From assembly GCA_905214155.1 (NCBI GenBank), contig CAJMLC010000001.1:1-34739 (forward strand): a stretch of 34,739 nucleotides of DNA. The letters run 5' to 3'. This document shows positions 8,414 to 17,480 of this stretch, piece by piece. Made by a program: the position numbers and the translations under genes. Each line of letters begins with the position of its first letter. The stretch's first letter is position 1. The notes beneath the pieces were generated by a model, which worked only from the letters and a program-made list of their open reading frames with translations, was not told where the DNA came from and did no database searches. Source of the stretch: an uncultured bacterium (GTDB lineage: Bacteria; Bacillota; Clostridia; Oscillospirales; Oscillospiraceae).

Positions 8414-9275
8414 ATTTGATGCAAGAATGCAGACCTACCGCGAGGCGGTGGAGACGTATCTGGACGAGTGCTTCACGGAAGATCTGCCGCAGAAGCGGCT
8501 CTTTGAGGCGATGCGGTACAGCCTGCTCGCAGGCGGGAAGCGCATCCGGCCCGTGTTGGTACTGGAATTCTGCCGGGTGTGCGGCGGAGACTGGAAACAG
8601 GCCGTGCCGATCGCGGCGGCGGTGGAGATGGTGCACACGTACAGCCTGATCCACGACGATCTGCCGTGCATGGACAACGACGATTACCGGCGCGGCAAGC
8701 TGACGAACCACAAGGTGTTCGGCGAGTCGACGGCGGTGCTCGCGGGCGACGCGCTGCTGACGGCGGCGTTTGAGACGCTGGCGAACTCCGGCGCGGACGC
8801 GGACGTCATCGCCGGAACGGTGCAGACACTGGCCGGGGCGGCGGGCGAGCTCGGCATGGTGGGCGGGCAGGTGCTCGACCTCGCGGCCGAGGCGGAGCTG
8901 CCCGACGCGGAGCATATTTATACATTGCAGGATCTGAAGACCGGCGCGCTGATCCGCGCGGCGTGCTGCTGCGGCGTGGTCGCGGGGCACGGGAGCGCGG
9001 CGCAGTATAACGCGGCGGCGCAGTATGCCACGGCGCTGGGGCTGGCGTTCCAGATCCGGGACGACATGCTCGATGTGCTCGGCGACGCGAAGACGCTCGG
9101 CAAGGCCGTCCATGTGGACGAAAAGAAGGGCACGTTCGTGCGGCTCTACGGTCTCGAGCGTTGCGGCGAGATGATCGCCGCGGAGGGAGAGAAGGCCGAG
9201 GCGGCGCTGGAAGTCTTCGAAGATCCGGCGTTTTTGAAGGAGCTTGTACAAAAGCTCGCGGTAAGAGAATCTTGA
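8406..9275 (+). CDS. ispA: Geranyltranstransferase / polyprenyl synthetase
   Basis: GGKRIRP, SLIHDDLPCMDNDDYRRGK, AFQIRDDMLD. Confidence 0.95.
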   Translation: MNEFDARMQTYREAVETYLDECFTEDLPQKRLFEAMRYSLLAGGKRIRPVLVLEFCRVCGGDWKQAVPIAAAVEMVHTYSLIHDDLPCMDNDDYRRGKLTNHKVFGESTAVLAGDALLTAAFETLANSGADADVIAGTVQTLAGAAGELGMVGGQVLDLAAEAELPDAEHIYTLQDLKTGALIRAACCCGVVAGHGSAAQYNAAAQYATALGLAFQIRDDMLDVLGDAKTLGKAVHVDEKKGTFVRLYGLERCGEMIAAEGEKAEAALEVFEDPAFLKELVQKLAVRES

Positions 9276-9280
9276 ACATG

Positions 9281-9310
9281 ACCACCCGCCCTCCGGGCGG
9301 GTGGTTTTTT
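9281..9310 (+). terminator. Intrinsic terminator after ispA
   Basis: ACCACCCGCCC-TCC-GGGCGGGTGGT-TTTTT. Confidence 0.9.
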
Positions 9311-9347
9311 GCGGGCGAATTATGCTGTAGTGGAAGAGCGCAAGGTT

Positions 9348-9546
9348 ACAATCCCTCCGTCAGCTTCGCTGACACATCCCTTTACACAAGGGAGGCTTTT
9401 CCGCTGCGGCGGGATTTCTTCACCAGTCGCCTGCGGCGACAGTCCCCTCTTCGCAGAGGGGGCCTTTGGGCCGATGAGGGCATCGGCCCCTACAAGGTGC
9501 AGAAGAAGATCGCGGGAGGCGGGCGGACGGGGTCGTCCGCCCCTAC
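9348..9546. repeat. REP-like palindrome cluster 1
   Basis: Two double-hairpin modules (the first is ACAATCCCTC-hairpin-CCCTTTACACAAGGGAGGC) plus two palindromes ending CCCCTAC (GTAGGGG on the minus strand); related sequences at 16629, 18811, 23191. Confidence 0.85.
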
Positions 9547-9591
9547 GAGGTGCGGTGAGGGGTTCTTTACGGAAAATTCATGAATATTCGC

Positions 9592-9620
9592 TTGTATATA
9601 CAGCGAAAGTATGGTATAGT
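9592..9620 (+). promoter_or_regulatory. Sigma-A promoter for the OLE RNA and oapA
   Basis: TTGTAT-17 bp-TATAGT with extended -10 TG; predicted +1 near 9626-9628 matches the 5' arm of the closing stem. Confidence 0.75.
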
Positions 9621-9625
9621 GAGAC

Positions 9626-10268
9626 GCAGCAATGGCGCAGTATCCTAGTCGGCCCCGCCGGTATCGGGGAAGGGCCTAAAAATCCTTTGAAGGGCATATC
9701 TATGAAACCCGTGGTGTCTGCTTCTTACGCCCAGTCTGGGGTGGATGCTGGGGGGAGGCATTTTTTGCCTGCGGCGGATGGGCCAGTCCCAATGGCATGG
9801 GATGCACGGACCCGGCCGCTGTGGAGACCGGATATTGTGCAGAGGCGTACTCCCTTTGCGGTCAGCGACCTCTGTACGGTACCGGACTGAACCTGCATTG
9901 CGGTGCTACCCGGCTTCGAGCCGTGAACGCTGTGTGCAGCGTAGCCTGCCTTGCGTGAGCAGATCAGGGAAAGGGAAGCTAAGCGTCTGCGGCCCATGGC
10001 CTTGGGCCGGAGGGCGATATTCCCTTGAAAGACTGTTTGCAAAAGAGGATAAGAACCGGAAGGGTCCGCTGTGGAAATCACCTAGGCTGTCAGAAATGGG
10101 TGGATCCGGGATTGCGGTACGGCTTGAGTGGCAATCGGGTAGCGGCTGCGGCGACGCACCGCCGGACGTATCAAAGGGAAACCGCCTCCGCGGCGACGGG
10201 AGGTTCGCGTCTGTGGAAAACAAACCCGACCTAAACCGTAAGATTTACCGGGTCCATCGCCATTGTGC
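9626..10268 (+). ncRNA. ole: OLE (ornate, large, extremophilic) RNA
   Basis: ~640 nt with no credible ORF between ispA and oapA-dxs-tlyA-nadK-argR-recN, the known ole context. Closing stem GCAATGGCG (9629-9637) / CGCCATTGT (10258-10266). Blocks I recall from OLE RNAs appear in order: CAGTATCCTAGTC, TAAAAATCC, AAGGGCATATCTATGAA, CGCCCAGTC, CAATGGCATG, AACCTGCA, GTGCAGCGTAGCCTGCCTTG, TTGCAAAAGAGG, CCTAGGCTGT, AGTGGCAATC, AAAGGGAAACCGC, CCGTAAGATTTAC. Confidence 0.9.
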
Positions 10269-10319
10269 TTTGTTGGGAACGCTCCTGTGCGGAGCGATCA
10301 GATAGATGGAGGGAAGACC

Positions 10320-10901
10320 GTGGCAGACGGCAAAAAGAAAAAGAGCGGCAAAAAAACAGGGCCGGACTGGAGCTGGATCCTGTTTATTTTTGTGATCACG
10401 ATGGTCATTTCGGCGGCAATGTCGTTTATTTCCTCGCGGCTGCTGGGCAACGCGGGCATGGCCGTTTCGTTTTTGATCTTGATCTGCATCGTGGCCATCG
10501 GCATCGTGTTCGACATCATCGGCGTGGCCGTGACGGCCTGTCCCGAGGCGCCGTTCCACGCGATGGCATCGCGCAAGGTGGCTGAGGCGCCGGACGCGCT
10601 GCGGCTGCTGCGGAACGCGAACCGCGTGAGCTCGTTCTGCAACGACGTCATCGGCGATATATGCGGCGTCATCTCCGGCTCAGCCTCGGCGGTCATCGCG
10701 GCGCGGGCCGTGCTGGGCATGGAGAGCACGAAGGCGACGATCGTGACGCTCGGGATGAGCGCGCTGGTCGCGGCCGTGACCGTCGGCGGGAAGGCCGTGG
10801 GAAAGACGTTCGCGATGGGCGGAAGCGTCCAGGTCGTGCGGACGACGGCGAAGGTGATCTGCTTTTTCCGCACCATTTTTCAGAATAAAGGGCGCAAATA
10901 A
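10320..10901 (+). CDS. oapA: OLE-associated membrane protein A (DUF21/CNNM-like TM protein)
   Basis: GIVFDIIGVAVTA, PFHAMASRKV, LLRNANRVSSFCNDVIGDICGVISG (DxxxD), TVGGKAVGK; directly after ole; GTG start with SD GGAGGG. Confidence 0.88.
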   Translation: MADGKKKKSGKKTGPDWSWILFIFVITMVISAAMSFISSRLLGNAGMAVSFLILICIVAIGIVFDIIGVAVTACPEAPFHAMASRKVAEAPDALRLLRNANRVSSFCNDVIGDICGVISGSASAVIAARAVLGMESTKATIVTLGMSALVAAVTVGGKAVGKTFAMGGSVQVVRTTAKVICFFRTIFQNKGRK

Positions 10902-10919
10902 GCGCCGTTTGAGGGCATT

Positions 10920-12767
10920 ATGGTATTAGAGACGATACATTCCAGAGAGGATCTGCTGCGGCTGACACCGGAGGAGCAGCGGACGCTCTGTGCGGAGATC
11001 CGGCAGTTTCTGGTCGAGCACGTCAGTCAGACGGGCGGCCATCTGGCGTCGAATCTCGGGATCGTGGAGACGACGGTCGCGATCGAGACCGTATTCGATA
11101 CGCGGCGCGACCGGCTGGTTTTCGATGTGGGGCATCAATCCTATGTGCATAAGATCCTGACCGGGCGGATGGAGCGGTTCGACACGCTGCGGCAGTACGG
11201 CGGGATCGCGGGCTTTCCGAAGCCGTGCGAGAGCGAATGCGACGCCTTTGTGGCGGGGCATGCGTCGAACGCGGTGTCGGTCGCGCTGGGCATGGCGCGG
11301 GCGAGGACGCTGCGGGGCGAGAATTATCAGGTCGCGGCGCTGCTCGGCGATGGGGCCTTGACCGGCGGACTGGCCTACGAGGGACTGAACAACGCGGGCA
11401 TCAGCCGCGAGCCGATGGTCGTGATCTTGAACGACAACGGCATGAGCATCACGCGCAACGTGGGCGCGATCTCGCGGTATCTGGCGCGGGCGCGGCTGCG
11501 GCCGAAATATATCGGATTCAAGCTGTGGTACCGCAAGGCGACGGCGAAGACCGCCGCGGGACGGAAATTCTACGAGCTGACGCACAAGGTCAAGGAGCGG
11601 ATGCGGCGGAGCCTGCTCGGCACGACGCTCTTTGAGACGCTGGGTTTCACGTATCTCGGGCCGGTGGACGGCCACGATGTGGAGAAGGTGACGGAAATTC
11701 TGCGGACGGCGGTGGCCTTGCATGAACCGGTCATTGTCCACCTCATCACACAGAAGGGGAAGGGCTATGTCCCGGCGGAGCAGGGGCCGCAGAAGTTCCA
11801 CGGAATTGGAAAATTTGATCCGGACAGCGGCAAGGCTCTGAAAGCGGGCGCGGAGACATTCTCTGACGTGTTCGGCAAGGAGCTGACGGCGCTGGCCCGC
11901 GAGGACAGCCGCGTGTGCGCGATCACGGCGGCGATGGAATACGGAACGGGGCTGAATCATTTTGCGGATGCGCTGCCGAACCGATTCTTCGACGTGGGCA
12001 TCGCGGAGGAGCACGCCGTCTCGATGGCGGCGGGCATGGCCAAGCAGGGGATGACCCCGGTCGTGGCTGTGTATTCGACGTTTTTGCAGCGGAGCTTTGA
12101 CATGCTGCTGCACGATGTAGCCTTACAGCAGCTGCACGTGGTATTGGCCGTTGACCGGGCCGGACTCGTCGGCGAGGACGGCGAGACGCACCACGGGATG
12201 TTCGACGTGGGCTATCTGCGGCTCGTGCCGGGGATGCGGGTGTACTGCCCGGCAAACTTCGCCGAGCTGCGGAGCATGCTCCGCGAGGCGGTCCTGGAGT
12301 GCAAAGGGCCGGTCGCGATACGCTATCCGCGCGGCGGCGAAGGGAAACGATATTTGGACGTTCAGACGGAAACGCGCATCCGCGCGGGCGCGGACTGCAC
12401 GCTGGTCTGCTACGGCACGACCGTGGAGGCTGCGCTGGAGGCTGCGGACCGGTGCGCCGCGAAGGGCGTTTCTGTGGAGATTATGAAGCTGGCGACGGTG
12501 GCGCCGCTGGACTTTGACGCTGTGGCGGGATCCGTCCGGAAGACGGGGCGGATCGTCGTGGCGGAGGAGACGTCTGACCGGGGGTGCGTTGCGGACGAGC
12601 TGTTCGCGCGGCTCGGACAGGCGCAGATCCCGTTTGTGGGAAGAAAGAAAAATCTGGGCCGGAGGTTCGTCACGCACGGCGCGACCGCGATTTTACTGCG
12701 GGAGGCCGGACTGGACGCGGATGGAATGACGGGACTGATCGGGGAGGTTTGCGGGCATGAAGCATAA
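10920..12767 (+). CDS. dxs: 1-deoxy-D-xylulose-5-phosphate synthase
   Basis: TGGHLASNLG, FDVGHQSYVHKILTGR, GDGALTGG, DVGIAEEHAV, DRAGLVGEDGETHHG. Confidence 0.97.
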   Translation: MVLETIHSREDLLRLTPEEQRTLCAEIRQFLVEHVSQTGGHLASNLGIVETTVAIETVFDTRRDRLVFDVGHQSYVHKILTGRMERFDTLRQYGGIAGFPKPCESECDAFVAGHASNAVSVALGMARARTLRGENYQVAALLGDGALTGGLAYEGLNNAGISREPMVVILNDNGMSITRNVGAISRYLARARLRPKYIGFKLWYRKATAKTAAGRKFYELTHKVKERMRRSLLGTTLFETLGFTYLGPVDGHDVEKVTEILRTAVALHEPVIVHLITQKGKGYVPAEQGPQKFHGIGKFDPDSGKALKAGAETFSDVFGKELTALAREDSRVCAITAAMEYGTGLNHFADALPNRFFDVGIAEEHAVSMAAGMAKQGMTPVVAVYSTFLQRSFDMLLHDVALQQLHVVLAVDRAGLVGEDGETHHGMFDVGYLRLVPGMRVYCPANFAELRSMLREAVLECKGPVAIRYPRGGEGKRYLDVQTETRIRAGADCTLVCYGTTVEAALEAADRCAAKGVSVEIMKLATVAPLDFDAVAGSVRKTGRIVVAEETSDRGCVADELFARLGQAQIPFVGRKKNLGRRFVTHGATAILLREAGLDADGMTGLIGEVCGHEA

Positions 12768-13560
12768 GGAGCGGCTGGACGTGCTGCTGGTGGAGCGCGG
12801 GCTCGCGGAGTCCCGCAGCCGGGCGCAGGCCGTCATCATGGCGGGCGAGGTCTATGTGAACGGACAGAAGGCCGACAAGGCTGGCATGGATGTCCCGCTT
12901 GAAGCCGAGGTCGAGGTGCGCGGGAACGTGTGCCCCTATGTGAGCCGCGGCGGGCTGAAGCTCGAAAAGGCGCTGCGCGACTTTGGCGTTGACCCGACGG
13001 GCTGTGTGTGCAGCGACTCCGGCGCGTCGACGGGCGGATTTACGGATTGTCTGCTCCAGCAGGGCGCAAGCAAGGTATTTGCCATCGATGTGGGCTATGG
13101 GCAGCTGGCGTGGAAGATCCGCTCTGACCCGCGCGTCGTTGTAATGGAGCGGACGAACATCCGCTATGTGACGCCGGAGGATCTCGGCGAAGCGCTCGAC
13201 CTCTCGGTGGTCGATGTGTCGTTCATCTCGCTGAAGATCGTGCTGCCGGCGATCCAGAAGCTGCTGAAGCCGACGGGACAGGTGCTTTGCCTGATCAAGC
13301 CGCAGTTTGAGGCCGGGAAGGAGCACGTCGGGAAAAAGGGCGTTGTCCGAGACCCGGCGGTGCATGAGCAGGTCCTGCGGGACTTTGTGGCGCTTGCCGC
13401 GGAGCTGGGCTTCACGCTGAAGAATCTGACCTTTTCGCCGGTCAAGGGGCCGGAGGGCAACATTGAATTTCTGGGACATCTCTGCATGGAGCCGGGCGAC
13501 GCGCTCGTGCCGGACATTCCGGCACTCGTTGCCGCCGCGCATGAGACGCTGAAAGGATAA
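12757..13560 (+). CDS. tlyA: TlyA-family rRNA methyltransferase (S4 + FtsJ domains)
   Basis: RLDVLLVERGL, YVSRGGLKL, GASTGGFTDCLLQ, LIKPQFE. Confidence 0.93.
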   Translation: MKHKERLDVLLVERGLAESRSRAQAVIMAGEVYVNGQKADKAGMDVPLEAEVEVRGNVCPYVSRGGLKLEKALRDFGVDPTGCVCSDSGASTGGFTDCLLQQGASKVFAIDVGYGQLAWKIRSDPRVVVMERTNIRYVTPEDLGEALDLSVVDVSFISLKIVLPAIQKLLKPTGQVLCLIKPQFEAGKEHVGKKGVVRDPAVHEQVLRDFVALAAELGFTLKNLTFSPVKGPEGNIEFLGHLCMEPGDALVPDIPALVAAAHETLKG

Positions 13561-13566
13561 GGGCGT

Positions 13567-14436
13567 ATGAAGATCATTTTAGCTCCAAATCCATACCGGG
13601 ACAAGCAATTCCAGACGGCGCTGCAGGCGAAGAAGATCCTCGAGGAGAGCGGATGCCAGACGTGCATGTGTCTGCCGTTCGACGTCGACCGGGATTTTGA
13701 GCTGCCGCGCGGCATCCGCTTCACGGACATCCGCACGGAGATCCGCGACGCGGATATGCTGATCTGCTTCGGCGGAGACGGGACGATCCTGCACACGTCG
13801 AAGATCGCGACGCAGCACAATCTGCCGGTGCTCGGCGTGAACATCGGGACGATGGGCTTCATTGCGGAGCTGGAATCCAGCGAGCTGGAGCTGCTTCGGA
13901 AAATTCCGGAAAAGAACTATACGATCGAAAACCGGAGCATGCTGGACATCACGGTCTCGAACGGGACGCAGCAGACGTTTCACGAGATCGCGCTGAACGA
14001 TGCGGTGGTGACCAAGGGAGCGATCGCGCGGGTCATCCAGATCGCGATCTGCTGCGACGGCGTGGAGGCGACGAGCTTTTCCGGCGACGGCGTGATCGTC
14101 TGCACGCCGACGGGATCGACGGCGTATTCGATGTCGGCCGGCGGGCCGATCATAGAGCCGTCGGCCAAGAATCTGCTGCTGACGCCGATCTGCGCGCACG
14201 CGATGCTGGCCAAGAGCATCGTGCTCGGCCCGCGGCGCGTCGTGACCATCCGGGTGAGCAAGATCGGGCGACACAATGCCTTTCTCTCCGTGGATGGCGG
14301 GCGGGCGTACCGCATGAATCCGAACGACGTGATCACGGTGAAAAGCTCTGACCGGGCGACACGGCTGGTCCGGCTGAAGGATATGAGCTTTTTTGAGCTG
14401 CTGAACCGGAAATTTATTGACAGACAGAGGTATTGA
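13567..14436 (+). CDS. nadK: NAD kinase
   Basis: GGDGTIL, ALND, GDGVIVCTPTGSTAYSMSAGGP. Confidence 0.96.
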   Translation: MKIILAPNPYRDKQFQTALQAKKILEESGCQTCMCLPFDVDRDFELPRGIRFTDIRTEIRDADMLICFGGDGTILHTSKIATQHNLPVLGVNIGTMGFIAELESSELELLRKIPEKNYTIENRSMLDITVSNGTQQTFHEIALNDAVVTKGAIARVIQIAICCDGVEATSFSGDGVIVCTPTGSTAYSMSAGGPIIEPSAKNLLLTPICAHAMLAKSIVLGPRRVVTIRVSKIGRHNAFLSVDGGRAYRMNPNDVITVKSSDRATRLVRLKDMSFFELLNRKFIDRQRY

Positions 14437-14437
14437 G

Positions 14438-14893
14438 ATGAAATCAAAGCGTCAGGAACAAATTCTTGTACTGATCCAGAATCATGACATCGAGACGCAG
14501 GAGCAGCTCTTGGACGAGCTGAAAAAGAGCGGCTTTCAGGCGACGCAGGCGACCATTTCCCGGGACATCAAGCAGCTGCGCATCATCAAGGAGCTCGGGC
14601 CGAACGGGACATATCGCTATGTGTCTGCGCCGAAGCCGGTGGAGCATGCGTTCTCGGCGAAGCTGAACATGATCTTCCGGCAGTGCGTGACGAGCATTGA
14701 TTTCGCGCAGAACCTCATCGTCATCAAGACGATGCCGGGACTGGCCAACGCGGCCTGCTCGGCCATCGACAAGCTGGAGCTGCCGGAGCTGCTCGGCACG
14801 CTTGCGGGCGACGACACGTGTGTGGTCATCATGCGCGACGATGCGTCTGCCGCGACGTTCTGCGCGGAGATCCGCGAACAGATCGAAGTCTGA
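14438..14893 (+). CDS. argR: Arginine repressor
   Basis: TQEQL, TQATISRDIK, GTLAGDDT. Confidence 0.96.
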   Translation: MKSKRQEQILVLIQNHDIETQEQLLDELKKSGFQATQATISRDIKQLRIIKELGPNGTYRYVSAPKPVEHAFSAKLNMIFRQCVTSIDFAQNLIVIKTMPGLANAACSAIDKLELPELLGTLAGDDTCVVIMRDDASAATFCAEIREQIEV

Positions 14894-14922
14894 CCGCCAA
14901 GGCGGGCAACGGAGGGGTTTGG

Positions 14923-16620
14923 ATGCTGCGAACGCTGCATATTGAAAATGTCGCGGTCATCGAGACGGCGGACGTCGACTTCGGCGGCGGGCTGCACGTG
15001 CTGACCGGCGAGACCGGCGCGGGCAAGTCGATCGTGATCGACGCGATCTCGGCGATCCTCGGCGAGCGGACGCCGCGCGAGGTCATCCGGACGGGCGCGG
15101 CGAAAGCGTTCGTCAGCGCGGTGTTCGACGGCGTGCCGGAGCTGGCGTGGTTTGCGGAAAACGGCGTGGACTATGACCCGGAGGCGCTGCTGGTGCAGCG
15201 TGAGATCTTTCCGGACGGGAAGAACAGCTGCCGCGTGAACGGGCGGCCCGTGACGGTGACGCTGTTGCGGCGGCTCGGCCTGCAGCTGATCAACATCCAC
15301 GGCCAGCACGATTCGCAGCGGCTGTTCGACGAGGCGAACCATCTGATCTATCTGGACGCGTTCGCGCACGACGAGGCGCTGCTGGAGACATACAGCACGG
15401 CGTTTTCGAAGGCACAGGCGCTGCGGCGTGAGATCGACCGGCTCGATATGGACGAGGCGGAGAAGGCGCGGCTGGTGGAGACGCTGGAATACCAGATCGG
15501 CGAGATCGAGCGCGCGGAGCTGCGTCCGGGCGAGGATGAGGAATTGGAGGCGCGGCGGAAGCTGCTGCAAAATGCCGAAAAGCTCTCGGACGCGCTGGAG
15601 GCCGCGGCGGCGGCGCTCTACGGCGATGAGGACAGCGACGGCGCGGCGGCGCTGCTGGCGCAGGCGGAAAAGGCGCTCTCGCGCGTGAAGGGCGTGTCAG
15701 ACGATGTGGCGGCGCTGCACCAGAGGGTGGCGGAGCTCGTCTACGCCGCGCAGGACGCGGCAGAGGAAGCGCGGGATGTGCGCGACGAGCTGACGTATTC
15801 TGCGGAGGAGCTGGAGCAGCTCGAGGAACGGCTCGACGTGCTGCATAAGCTGAAGCGGAAATATGGCGCGAGCGTGGAGGACGTACTGGCGTTTTTGGAG
15901 CAGGCGCGGAGCCAGCTCGACGAGATCGAATTTGCAAGCGACAAGATCGAACGGCTGCGGGCGCAGCTGGCGAAACAGGACGAGGAAGTCCAGCAGGCAG
16001 GGCTTGCGCTGCGCGAAGCGCGCAAGCAGGCCGCCGTGGAGCTGGAGCAGCGGATCCAGACGGAGCTTTCACAGCTGGACATGCCGAAGGTGCAGTTCCT
16101 GTGTCAATTTGAGGCACAGAAGCCGCAGGAAACGGGGCTGGACCTTGTGCGGTTCTTGATGTCGGCCAACGTGGGGGAGGCGCTCCGGCCGATGGCGAAG
16201 GTCGCATCCGGCGGCGAGCTGGCGCGGATCATGCTGGCGATGAAGAATGTGCTGGCGGAGCAGGATGCGATCCCGACGCTGATCTTCGATGAAGTCGACG
16301 CGGGCGTCAGCGGACGGGCGGCGCAGAAGGTCGCGGAAAAGCTCTGGGCCGTGGCACAGGCGGGGAAGCAGGTGCTCTGCGTGACGCATCTGCCGCAGAT
16401 CGCGGCGATGGCCGACCGGCAGTATACCGTGGAAAAGCGCGTGGAGGGCGGACGGACGTATACGCGCGTGCATCTTCTGGACGAGGATGGGCGTGTGCAG
16501 GAGCTGGCGCGGCTCGTCGGCGGCGCGGCCATCACGGAGACGACGCTCGCCGGGGCAAGGGAGCTGCTGGCAACGGCTTTGGCGAGAAAAGAACGGGATC
16601 TAGGGTGCGGGCAGAGATAG
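14923..16620 (+). CDS. recN: DNA repair protein RecN
   Basis: LTGETGAGKS, INIHGQHD, ASGGELARIMLA, LIFDEVDAGVSG, VTHLPQIAA. Confidence 0.97.
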   Translation: MLRTLHIENVAVIETADVDFGGGLHVLTGETGAGKSIVIDAISAILGERTPREVIRTGAAKAFVSAVFDGVPELAWFAENGVDYDPEALLVQREIFPDGKNSCRVNGRPVTVTLLRRLGLQLINIHGQHDSQRLFDEANHLIYLDAFAHDEALLETYSTAFSKAQALRREIDRLDMDEAEKARLVETLEYQIGEIERAELRPGEDEELEARRKLLQNAEKLSDALEAAAAALYGDEDSDGAAALLAQAEKALSRVKGVSDDVAALHQRVAELVYAAQDAAEEARDVRDELTYSAEELEQLEERLDVLHKLKRKYGASVEDVLAFLEQARSQLDEIEFASDKIERLRAQLAKQDEEVQQAGLALREARKQAAVELEQRIQTELSQLDMPKVQFLCQFEAQKPQETGLDLVRFLMSANVGEALRPMAKVASGGELARIMLAMKNVLAEQDAIPTLIFDEVDAGVSGRAAQKVAEKLWAVAQAGKQVLCVTHLPQIAAMADRQYTVEKRVEGGRTYTRVHLLDEDGRVQELARLVGGAAITETTLAGARELLATALARKERDLGCGQR

Positions 16621-16628
16621 AACGTTCA

Positions 16629-16781
16629 ACAATCCCTCCGGCATTTGCTTTGCAAATGCCATCTCCCTTGTGTAAATGGAGGCTTCCCGCTGCGGCGGGG
16701 ATCGGGCGGACAGAGTCGTCCGCCCCTACAATGCGTGGTGTAAAATCGTAAAAGCGGGCCGATGAGGGCATCGGCCCCTAC
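16629..16781. repeat. REP-like palindrome cluster 2
   Basis: ACAATCCCTC double hairpin plus GGGCGGACAGAGTCGTCCGCCCCTAC and GGGCCGATGAGGGCATCGGCCCCTAC. Confidence 0.85.
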
Positions 16782-16811
16782 ATGGTGCGCAGAAAACCGG
16801 AAAGCCGGGGG

Positions 16812-16840
16812 TTGACAAATCGCAAGGTTTCTTTTATAAT
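16812..16840 (+). promoter_or_regulatory. Sigma-A promoter of the tyrS leader
   Basis: Perfect TTGACA-17 bp-TATAAT. Confidence 0.9.
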
Positions 16841-16903
16841 CCAAGGCAACACTGTACAATTCGGTGACGCAATTGTGCAGTGCTGCCTAAATAAATACGT
16901 TAC

Positions 16904-17160
16904 AGCGTTGAAGGGAACGAGTACGCTGCGCATGACCTTTCAGAGAGCCGCCGGATGGTGTGAGGCGGCAAGGGTGTGCAGAGGAAATACCTCCCGGAGC
17001 TGCCCCCTGAACTGCGCAGGCATAAGGGGTGAGTCGGGTGCGCCCGTTATCGCGCGGGGCGCAAGTGCGCCCGTGGAGGCCGTCTTTGTGAGAAGGCGGC
17101 GAACCAGAGGTGGTACCGCGAAGTTTCGCCCTCTGCTCATTGGAGCGGAGGGCGTTTTTG
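16904..17160 (+). promoter_or_regulatory. T-box riboswitch, Tyr specifier
   Basis: Stem I with AGTA, AGAGA and GGTGTGA motifs; specifier GAAA-TAC (16988-16990); T-box AGAGGTGGTACCGCG (17106-17120); terminator CGCCCTCTGCTC-ATTG-GAGCGGAGGGCG-TTTTT. Confidence 0.93.
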
Positions 17161-17177
17161 TCAGAAAGGAGCCTTTT

Positions 17178-17480
17178 ATGCGCCAGAAAACCTGTTCCAC
17201 CTGCGGCGGAAAGATGCAAAGCCTCGGCAATATGGAGCTGCAGAAGGGGAAATTCAGCATGCTATTCGGCAACCTGAGTCAGATCATGTCCGGTGCGCTG
17301 GACGTGGATGTCGAATGCTGCGAGCGCTGCAAAAAGCTCGAATTCTATCTGCTGGGCGATCCGGAAGAGCCGGAGACAAGCGGCATTGAGCAGATCGCCT
17401 GCCCCTACTGCGGCGACATGCATGACATGGACGATGCCGTGTGCCCGCATTGCGGGAAACGGTTGATGACTTTGGATTAA
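17178..17480 (+). CDS. Small double zinc-ribbon protein (100 aa)
   Basis: SD AAAGGAG; four CxxC pairs (CSTC, CERC, CPYC, CPHC). Confidence 0.8.
   Translation: MRQKTCSTCGGKMQSLGNMELQKGKFSMLFGNLSQIMSGALDVDVECCERCKKLEFYLLGDPEEPETSGIEQIACPYCGDMHDMDDAVCPHCGKRLMTLD

Noticed and set aside
9348..9546. Possible CRISPR array
   Set aside because: Repeats are dispersed and heterogeneous, with no regular spacers and no cas genes.
9626..10268. Group I/II intron, RNase P or tmRNA as alternative identities
   Set aside because: Their hallmark motifs were not seen; context and motif order fit OLE.
9161..10305. Track ORFs 9161..9583, 9309..9890, 9745..10305, 9725..10081, 9906..10223
   Set aside because: No SD or recognisable motifs; they run across a terminator, REP repeats and the OLE RNA.
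16782..17177. N-terminal extension of ORF 16782..17480
   Set aside because: Overlaps the promoter and T-box; the real start is ATG 17178.
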